Part shown: positions 51,400-64,000 of the stretch, in pieces
Numbering within the stretch: the first letter of the stretch is position 1
How the letters are laid out: every line of letters starts with the position of its first letter
Origin: the human T2T-CHM13v2.0 reference genome, Homo sapiens
Length of the DNA stretch: 64,000 bases
Strand: one strand, 5' to 3'
NCBI RefSeq assembly: GCF_009914755.1
Contig: NC_060928.1
Position numbers and translations under genes: made by a program
The notes under the pieces: generated by a model
Database searches by the model: none
What the model was told of the DNA's origin: nothing
What the model saw: the letters and a program-made list of their open reading frames with translations, nothing else

Positions 51400-52330
51400 C
51401 AGCCCACATTCCCACAGCACTCGCGACGTCCGCGACCCTCAACATGGCGCTTCATTCTCTTTTAGGGTATTTCCTGCTTGTTTCCTGCACACACAGTCGC
51501 GCGAGGCGCAGTCCTGAGTGACCCACGCACGAGTGGCCCGCGCTTCCAGCCGCGCCGCCGCAGGCCAGCGAGGGCAGCCTGAGCCGCTTCCCGCCCCGGC
51601 GAGGACCGTCGCCAGCCCGCTGCTCTAGCAGGAGGCGGTTCCACAGCGCACCCGGCAGCCCAGCCACCGTCAGCACCGCGCCTCGGGCGGGCTTTTCTCC
51701 CTTCCGGGAGGCGCGAATCCTCAGGGGCTCCTTGAGAGGGCGCCAGGGAGCAGCTGCGCGCGGATGCCTTTTGGCCCTCTGCGGCCGCCGTAGCTCCCCG
51801 GCAGAAACCCGGAAGTGGAACTCTGAGCCATTCAGCGTTTGGGTGAAGACGGAGGCGGGTTCTACAGAGACGTAGGCTGTCAGGGAGTGTTTATTTCGCG
51901 TCCGCTTCTGTTTCTCCGCGCCCCTGTGCTGCCCCGACTCACATACTCGTCCAGAACCGGCCTCAGCCTCTCCGCGCAGAAGTTTCCCGGAGCCATGGCC
52001 GAGTACTCCTACGTGAAGTCTACCAAGCTCGTGCTCAAGGGAACCAAGACGAAGAGGTGGGTCCTGCAGCTTGGGCGGGAGCCTCCTCCGTTCTTTTCGG
52101 ACGCACTCCACCCCCGCAACTCCGGTGGAAGCCGTGGCGCGGAGAGCCGGCTTTGTGGCCTCCCAGGCTTCGCCCTGGCCCCTGTCCGGGCTGGACGGAG
52201 GCCGGGCCGCGGTTCCCGGCGTCTGTGCAGAGAGGGGCAGCCTCCCGCGCGGACGACCCTGGAAACAGGATAGACGGGCAGGTGACCCGTGACCCCGTAC
52301 CCACGAGTTTGGGTCCCCTGAGGCATCTCT
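51400..52330. promoter_or_regulatory. CpG-island promoter of FRG1, probably bidirectional
   Basis: High CpG density; ETS/GABPA site CCGGAAGTG at 51809-51817; YY1-like caacatggcg at ~51440; GC boxes; no TATA box. Confidence 0.9.
51995..52056 (+). CDS. FRG1: FRG1 coding exon 1 (MAEYSYVKSTKLVLKGTKTK + AG)
   Basis: Strong Kozak gccATGg at 51995; donor AG|gtgggt at 52057; phase 2; matches recalled FRG1 N-terminus. Confidence 0.97.
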
Positions 52331-53189
52331 CCAGGCCTCTGCCTGGGGGGTCTGCATTAGTCTGATCTCGTAGTTCATGATAATTTCCTTTATTAGGGAT
52401 TATTATTTTCTCCATTGTCTCTTTTCTTTCTAGAAAACTTATTAATTTTTTCTAATCTAATATGTACAGTGAAACCAGGATGAATCACACAGTGGTTGAG
52501 GTGTATATGGGCTTTAGGGATATGGGCTCGAACCTGCACTCTTGTCATTTACTAGTTTTGTAATTTGTGGCAAATTGGTTAATATGTCTGAACTTCCATT
52601 TACTCATTAAGAGATCAAATATCTGAACCTCCGTTTACACATTTATACTTTCAGACGTTTTTTATACTTTTAGAAGACTGTGAGGATTAAATGAGAGAAC
52701 ATATATGCAGAAAATAAATTGAGCCAAATGTGAGGAGGAGGTCGTAATGGTAATTTATTAGCTTTTTAGGAAAAAATACCTGTGCACTCATATCCCCGCT
52801 TCTTTTTTAACTGGCAGATTTGCCCGAGGTACATACAAATGTCGAGTATTTCCTCCTGGTCTCCGTGATAAACAGAGGTTTTGATATTTTTAGGCGAGAT
52901 AGAAAGTATCAAGGAGTGAGTTGAAGCCACTGGCCTTGAGAACCCTCTCGAGGAGTCTGGCCTCATGAAGATGCCAGAATAAATGGCAGGTTTATCCTGA
53001 ATGAATGTGAGATTTTTACTCTGTGAATTTCCTGGGAGGAGAGGAGAGTTATCTTCTGAAAACTTTATAATGAAAATGCAGACACGGGTGTCTTAAGATC
53101 ATCGTAATAATCATAATTAATGCTCATATAGCACTGTCAATGTGCCAAGAAATTGTTGTAGGCACTTTGCACATTAACTTTTTTTCAAA

Positions 53190-53820
53190 TCACTCTTGGT
53201 TTTTTATTTTTTTATTGAGATATAATTCATAATTATAAAATTCACCCTTTTGTACAGTCAGGGGTTTTTAGTATATATTCAAGAGGTTCACCACTGTCTA
53301 GTTGCTCAGCATTTTCATCATCTCAGAAGGAAATCTCCCCCTACCCATTAAAGCAGTCACATCCCATCCTCCCCCTCTCCTAGTCCTTGGCAACCACTAA
53401 TCCGCTCTCTATGTGAAATCGCCTATTCTGAATATTTCCTAAGAAATCATGCAACATGTGGCCTTTTGTATCTGGCTCCTTTCACTTATAACATTATTGA
53501 GGTTCATCATTGTTGTAGCGCCTGTTCCTTTTTATGGCTGCATAGTATTCCATTGTATGGATGTATCATTTTGTTCATCCATTCATCAACTGATGAACAT
53601 TTGGGTTGTTTCCCCTTTTTGGCTATTGTGACTAATGCTAGTGTGAATATTCTTATGTAAGTATTTTTGTGGGTGTATGTTTTCATTTCCCTTGGGTATA
53701 CATACTTAGGAGTAAAATTGCTGGGTCATGTGGTAACTTTAACTTTTTGAGGAACCCCAAACTGTTTCCTGTAGATGCTGCACCATTTTACATTTCCACC
53801 AGGAATGTGTGAAGGTACAT
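53190..53820 (-). mobile_element. L1MB-type 3' end in FRG1 intron 1
   Basis: ttttattgagatataattcata...aaaattcacc...cttggcaaccactaatc...ttgctgggtcatgtggtaac...ttttacatttccaccagg. Confidence 0.8.
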
Positions 53821-54186
53821 ATTACCTCTTAATCCTCACAATAGCCTTAAGAGTTAGGTTAAGTTACTATCCTAATTTTTTAAGTGGGGAAACTGACTCA
53901 GAGAGATTCAGTACCTTTTCCAAAAATCACGGAGCTAAGAAGTGAAAGAATCAGGATTTAAAATCTGGCAGTGTGGCTCTACAATCTGCTTTGAACTCTA
54001 ACGTAATATGTGCAAAGCCTGAAGCAACTTCTCAGTACTGTATTTAAGAGGGCATATCAATGTAAGTCTTCCTAAATCAATAATTTATAAATGAAACAGC
54101 TTAAAAGACTTTCAAGTTTCAATCTTACAATATTTATCGTACAAATCAATATACCTAAACTCGTCTATATAAATTATGTCCTGTAG

Positions 54187-54257
54187 TAAGAAGAAAAAGA
54201 GCAAAGATAAGAAAAGAAAAAGAGAAGAAGATGAAGAAACCCAGCTTGATATTGTTG
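54187..54257 (+). CDS. FRG1: FRG1 coding exon 2 (71 nt; lysine-rich NLS KKKKSKDKKRKR, then EEDEETQLDIV)
   Basis: Acceptor ctgtag| and donor G|gtgagt; in frame with exons 1 and 3. Confidence 0.97.
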
Positions 54258-54929
54258 GTGAGTCAGTTTTCAGTGCTCTATTCTGAAAAAAGTTAATGTT
54301 TCTTGAGATCTCCTTGAAAGTGTTTTCCTAGTTAGAAATTTATGATGTATTCATATTTGTCTTAAAGTGCTTAAATATTACCTACAGTTATAAATTCCAT
54401 TTATTCTTTAACACAGTAGATGCTACTGATGCCTTTACTTCATTATCAGGAGAGAAAAATTATAACTCTCTGACTTAGTAGGCACCATTAGACTGCTTAA
54501 TAGCCAGAGATTCTAATACATAATTTTAAAGGCCTAATGTAAATGTTATTCAACCAAATATCTTTTACAAGTTATTTTCTTTGCACATGTATGCATTTTA
54601 ATTGTAGAAGTCGGTTGTCTCTTAAAGGAAGTATCTTCACAGGAAAAATCATTATTTTGTGAACTCTGAAATGAATGAAAATTTTAAATACAACATCAGG
54701 GTAGCCTGTAAATGATACTAGAAATAAACTGACCTAAACACACTTAACCAGCCTGTTTTCCGTTTAGTTCTTTTCCATACATATTTTTTTCTCTTTTAAA
54801 ACTTGGCAAGTTGCATTTTGAATCTTCATAAATTATGGTAACTTAATATATAAAATATGGAATGGTATAAAGCTAATGTTCTGGAAGAATCATTGCTTTC
54901 AAAATGGCAAATCAACAATTCTAAAATTA

Positions 54930-58400
<3,471 letters not shown>

Positions 58401-59671
58401 ATGCCTAGTCAAATTATTTGACCACCCTTTTGCTCCTGTCAAGCCTGGGCCTTTGTTAGTTTGTGCTTATTTATTAGGGTTTTGCTCGTAGACTTAGACA
58501 GTGACTCTTAGTCTAGGAAAGGTTCATCCTCATGGGCCTCAGCCACATGTTCTAGGTATACTTAGTGAGTTCTCTCCACTCTGCTGTGTCCCAAATTTGT
58601 GTGATCTCTGGCATCTCCAGTCAGCCCTCAGAAGTGCCAGCCACTCTGCAGAGGCCTTGTGGAGCCTGCCTGCTGCATGCACTCCCCCCAGCCCTTGGCC
58701 ACAGACCTGCAGAGAACTTTTGCGTACTCTTTTGAGGCCTCACCTGTATGTAGTTCCCTCTTCTCCAGTACCTTATTCTATAAACTCCCAACATGTTAGC
58801 ACTGTAAGACTCTCAGCTTAGTGACAGTGACATTGCCTCATTTCTGGAGGTCTCTACCTCTCTCCGTGTGGTCAAGAAACTGCCATTGGGCAGAAAACAC
58901 AAGTGTGTATGAGATTTGCCTCCAGTGTTTTCCTGTTCTCAAATATCACAGTCCTGTTCTGCCTGTGTTCCAATCTCTGAAAACAGTTTTCTCAAATATT
59001 CTATCCAGTTTCAGTTTTCTCGTTGGTCATGGTGGGAGGGCAAGTCCATCTTGGCTGGAAGAGGAAGTCCTTCTGCGTCTTTTTCTCTTTGTCCTTCCAC
59101 ATGGTTTTGCATTGTGGATTTTCTAAACTTGCCGTATAAGTAAGCATGTGCCTATTTGTGAAGGGAAAGAAAAAAAACCTTTTAATTTTTTAAAGCTGTT
59201 CTGTTGGTTCCTCACAAGGATCTGAAGGGATTGGTAAATAGGATGAAAGAAATTCTGTCTTTCACATGGAGAAAACCAAGTGTGACATTAATAAAAACGA
59301 GCATGTCTGTAGGCAAAGAGTTTCACTGAGCTCTGCTAGATTCAGAAGCAGTTGGACTTACAACATCGTACTTTGCAAAACACATATATTTTATTTACCC
59401 AGGAACTAAAGCTAAGTCAGCTGTGGATTAATAGAAGGTCTGTGAAGGGTACTTAGACTACAGTAAGATTGGGGAAGAAAATTCCATTTCCAAATCTAAG
59501 ATATATCATTCCTTTGTGCCAAGCACATAATGATAGTAGAGATTTAAGGGGGCCCTTAGCACGGAAGCACTGGGTTAGTCAGAAGGTGAGGTGAGCTGTC
59601 ACACAGCCTTGATGCTAGAATGAGGGTGCCCTGGTACTATCTTATCAGCCATGACACTGGTGCATTGGGCC

Positions 59672-59960
59672 ATTTTTTTGTTTTGTTTTTTTTGAGACAG
59701 GCTCTTGCTTTGTTGCTCAGGCTGGAGTGCAGTGACATGATCGTGGCTCAGTGCACCCTCGACCTCGTAGGCTCAAGCAATCCTCTCACCTCCGACTCCC
59801 GAGTAGCTGGGACCACAGGCTCGTACCACCACACCCAGCTAATTTCTTAATTTTTTTGTAGAGATGGGGGTCTCCTTTTGTTGCCTAGGCTGATTTTGAA
59901 CTCCTGGGCTAAAGTGATTCTCCTGCTTCCACCTCTCAAAGTGCTGGATTACAGGCATGC
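59672..59960 (-). mobile_element. AluJ
   Basis: gagacaggctcttg...tgatcgtggctcagtgcaccctcgacctc...aaagtgctggattacaggcatg. Confidence 0.88.
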
Positions 59961-60849
59961 CAGACATATGTAAACATTCTAAACTATGTGACAATATGTG
60001 TAAAGCTTTCTCATGCATTGTGAGACAACACAGCAGGAATATTTCACCATCTGCCTAAGGTTTAAAAGGAAATAACTTTAAGCATGTGTCTAAATAGCAA
60101 GTAATGTTTTAGAGCGGATTCTCTTAAATTCAGCTTGGGCATCTGCACCATATACACAGCTTGAGCTGTCACCTGACGTAGAGACAGGCAACTTCAGTGC
60201 CCGTGTTCATAGGATCCACTGCTTTCTCACAGCTAAAACCCCAGAGTGGCACCATTAAGTATTATGTTATGTTACTTTAGTCGATAAACATATAAGCATA
60301 CCTCCAAAGGTTGAATGTAGGCCACTTGCAGAAAGTAGGCAGAATGCTCACATTTAATTCTTGATGATACTGTGTTTATATTTCTTATTCTTTGAAATTG
60401 CATTGAGAAAAAATACTGGCATCTGCTCAAAGTAATTTCTTTTTCAGTTGACAATATTAAAGTAACGTTATTGTATCATTTCCCTACTTGGACAGAGTGT
60501 GAAAATTTTAAGGAGCTTGTCTGCCAGAAATTTCTTCTTCATTTGCAAAACATTAATGAGTTATTATATTTAAATGATTTTATTTAATATTAAGTGTACT
60601 TGGTCAATGTGGCATAGAACATACAAAATAAATCTAATTTAAAATCATTAACTATTATATTTATAAGAAAGACTTGCTAATCATAACACTGTTGATAATG
60701 ATTCTGAATAAAGCATTATTTCTTTTCCTGAAAACAATTGTAGCTATAATTCAATCATCTAAATTGCTTATTAGTTTTATTTCTTTTTAATTGTCTTTAG
60801 CTGAAATTTTAATTTTGATTAATTTTCTTTTTCTCCATTGGTTTTGTGT

Positions 60850-61560
60850 GTGTGTGGAGGTAAAATATACAGAATATAGAATTTGCCAGTTTTTCTATTT
60901 TTACGTGTATGCTTCAGTGGCATTTAAATACATGCACCATTTTACCTTCCCACCAGCATTGCACAGGGTTTCCGTTTCTCCACATCCTGCCCAACATTTG
61001 TTTTTCTGGCTTTCTTGGTTTCTGTTTTTTGTTTGTTTGTTTGTTTTGATAATAGCTATTCTAATGGGTGTGAAGTGGTATTGCATTATGGTTTTGATTT
61101 ATATTTCCCTAGTGACTAGTGATGTTGAGCGTCTTTTCAAGTGCTTATTGGCCATTTGTATATCATCTTTGGAGCAATGTCCGTGTATATCCTTTGCCCA
61201 GTTTTGAATTGTGGTATTTGTCTTTTTGGAGTTCTCTATATAGTCTGGATATTAATTCCTTATAATGTATGTAGTTTACAAATATTTTCTCCATTCCCTG
61301 GGTTGCCTTTTACTCTGTTGATGGCGGTTCTTGATGCACAAAAGTTTTTAATTCTGATGAAGTCCAGTTTGTCCACGTTTTCTTTTGTTGCCTGTGCCTT
61401 TGATGTTCTACATAAGAAATCATTGCCAAATTCATGTCGTGAAGCTTTTCCCATTTTCTTCTAAAAGTTTTCTAACTTTAGCTCTTACATTTAGGTCTTT
61501 GGTCTGTTTTAAGTTACTTTTTGTATTTGGCATTAGATAAGGGTCCAACTTCATTTTAGC
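60850..61560 (-). mobile_element. L1MA/MB 3' ORF2 fragment
   Basis: Minus-strand peptides QYHFTPIRIAIIK...NKCWAGCGETETL and KLDFIRIKNFCAS. Confidence 0.85.
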
Positions 61561-62192
61561 TAAAATTTTATGTATTTTAAAATTTATTATGGAAAGCATG
61601 AAATGTTTAGTTGAATAGAAAATTTTGTGCAGTGGAATTAACTGAATCTTTAAAACCTTTTTATTATGGAAATATCCAAACTATTCCATACATAGAAGAA
61701 TATAATGAGTCCCCCATGTGCCCAGGCCCCAGCATTAATTATCAATATTTTGCCAATCTCATTTCATTTACACACACGCCCCCACACACATTTTTTCTTA
61801 GAAAATTTTAAGTAAAATCACAGATGTTATGTCATTTTACCCATGAGTACATAAACGTACATTTCTTAACGTGGTATGTCTTTCTGTCATCACCTGTTTT
61901 GTTCTTTATTTTTATATATTATACTATGTCATTATCAGACCTTGTAAAATTAACAAGAATTCCTTAATATGTCATATCCAGTTAATGATTGACTCATTTC
62001 TACTCTAGCTAAAGTACAATTTAGGAGGAGGTTTGAGGATATTTTTTAACATTAAGATATAAACTTTTATAACAACGGCTTAAATAATTGTTCCTAGAGT
62101 CTAATATTTCTATTGGCAAATTGGAAATTAGTATACATAGACATAGATTCTGCTCATTTTACTTTCAATCTAAAATCATAGTTAAGATTACT

Positions 62193-62491
62193 GGCCAGGC
62201 GCGGTGGCTCACACCTGTAATCCCAGCACTTTGGGAGGCAGAGGCGGGTGGATCACGAGGTCGGGAGTTTGAGACCAGCCTGGCCAATGTGGTGAAACCC
62301 CGTGTCTACTAAAAATACAAAAAAAATTATTCAGGCATGGTGATAGGCGCCTGTAACCCCAGCTACTCGGGAAGCTGAGGCAGAGAATTGTTTGAACCCG
62401 GGAGGCAGAGGTCGCAGTGAGCCGAGATCGCATCACTGCACTCCAGCCTGGGCGACAGAGCGAGTCTCCGTCTCAAAAAAAAAAAAAAAAA
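62193..62491 (+). mobile_element. AluS, full length, CpG-rich
   Basis: ggccaggcgcggtggctcacacctgtaatccc...gagcgagtctccgtctc plus A-tail; TSD about aagattRct. Confidence 0.95.
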
Positions 62492-62644
62492 GATTGCTAT
62501 GCTAGAAAGTCTTCCTGTAGAGGCATTTTTAAGAAACATTATGATAGGCATTGGCTCTGGAAAGCAGGCATGAAATAGATGACTGGGGTCTATCATGAGA
62601 GAGACCATTCTCTATATGTCACTTTGTACCTTCACATGTTGCCT

Positions 62645-62815
62645 CTTGTTTTGTTTTGGTCTTTTTTTGAGACAGGACCTTGCTCTGTCACTCAGGCTAG
62701 AGTGCAGTGGCATGATCATAGCTCACTATAACGTTGAACTCTGGGCTCAAGTGATCCTCTTTCCCCAGCTCCCCGAGTAGCTGAGATTACAGGCATGCAC
62801 CCCCATGCCTGGCTG
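62645..62815 (-). mobile_element. AluJ right arm / FRAM
   Basis: gagacaggaccttgctctgtc...gatcatagctcact...attacaggcatgcacccccatgcctggc. Confidence 0.8.
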
Positions 62816-63146
62816 TATGTTGCTATTTTATGTTTTAAAAACCTAATCCTGACTGTGCTGGTAGTCGCATGAATCTCTGCACATACATGCAAACAAGTAC
62901 ATGTAAAACTGGTGAAATCTGAATAAGCTTCATGGATTATATCAATTTCAGTTTCCTGATTCTGACAGTGTATGATACTTATGCAAGATTTAATCGAGAC
63001 AAAGTGAGTAAAGGATATGTGAGATCTTTGTATTATTTCTTACAACTGCAAAATAAGAAGTTTTTAAAATTAAGTTATAATAACAAAAAAAAGAACTCTG
63101 TGTCAAAACTAAAATATAAAGTTGAAATATTGATTTTATTTTTTAG

Positions 63147-63272
63147 GAATCTGGTGGACAGTAACAAACTTTGGTGAAATTTCAGGAACCATAGCCATTG
63201 AAATGGATAAGGGAACCTATATACATGCACTCGACAATGGTCTTTTTACCCTGGGAGCTCCACACAAAGAAG
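63147..63272 (+). CDS. FRG1: FRG1 coding exon 3 (126 nt; start of the fascin-like beta-trefoil domain); gene continues beyond the window
   Basis: Acceptor ttttattttttag|GA and donor GAAG|gtttgt; translates [42 protein letters not shown]. Confidence 0.97.
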
Positions 63273-64000
63273 GTTTGTGTCTGGAAGGGAAGAGGCTGCC
63301 ACAAGTGTAGATTTTAGGACATTCATTCACTTAGGCCAAACTCTAACTAGTCTCAAACATTTTCCAAAGGAATGGAACCATTGCATTTGACTCTTCCATT
63401 TTTTTTTAATTCCTTAATATTTACCAGCCATTGGCAAGTCCCTCTTTCTAATATAAGCATTTGAAAACATTCCGTATAGTTCCAGAAGAGTATCTTTGGA
63501 AATCAAAATAACATGAATAATTAAAATAGTAAGTGGAAAGAAAAAAGAAAACCTATTTGAGTCAAAATGTTTGAATTTCTTTTTTATTCAGACCTATTGC
63601 CAAAACTAACCTGGGTGCGTTTAACAGTTTGAAGTTTCCTCATTTTCTTTAGCCCATTAGAGGAAGCACTAATGAGATATGAAGTAATTAGAAGATAAAA
63701 AGCAGTATCATTTGGTCAGCAAGGCCATCCCTTGAATAAGTGAAAGCATTTAGCTTTTTAAATAAGTGCTTATTTATGACTGTATTTTAAAACATAAAGA
63801 GAAGCTATCTCAAAAGTTATTAAATAAGCATTATATCACCCTGTCTTACTCAGTGTATAAAATTAACACTGTAGTTAAAAGAAGGTAAAATAGATCTTGA
63901 TTCCAAAGATACAGTATTACAGTGACATCAGTATATCTGAATATTCTTACATTTAATTGCAGAAGAAAATAGCCACATTTTTTAAAACAAAATAATGTCT

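Noticed and set aside
51452-52415. 308 aa minus-strand ORF and other ORFs over the FRG1 promoter
   Set aside because: Stop-poor CpG-island sequence with no recognisable domain; the real CDS starts at 51995

Overview
Human (great-ape) genomic DNA, mostly transposon-derived. The one protein-coding gene is FRG1 on the + strand. Its CpG-island promoter is at ~51.4-52.3 kb and coding exons 1-3 (51995-52056, 54187-54257, 63147-63272) splice in frame to [86 protein letters not shown]. This matches canonical FRG1 as I recall it, so the window is most likely the 4q35 FSHD region; a near-identical segmental duplicate cannot be excluded without alignment. The upstream 51 kb holds a Ricksha MULE transposon with HERV-L cargo, a near-full-length L1M containing a two-LTR HERV-H provirus (36886-42848), other L1s, Alus, MaLR LTRs, DNA-transposon relics and a ~500 bp purine-only tract. 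Four things stand out. (1) An orphan minus-strand Cyclin-Y-like-1 (CCNYL1)-type first exon with an internally duplicated N-terminus, an intact donor, CCAAT/GC boxes and a perfect DUX4 motif, set between ~0.9 kb old direct repeats. (2) A 7SL retrocopy whose helix-8 region is replaced by a GC-drifted minisatellite built from 7SL's own sequence. (3) An exact 38 bp copy of a specific L1 segment 13 kb away. (4) Further DUX4 motifs, one in FRG1 intron 2. No CRISPR, tRNA or rRNA genes were seen. Most ORFs in the track are repeat-derived noise. All homology calls rest on recalled consensus sequences, not searches, and repeat boundaries are approximate unless a TSD is quoted.
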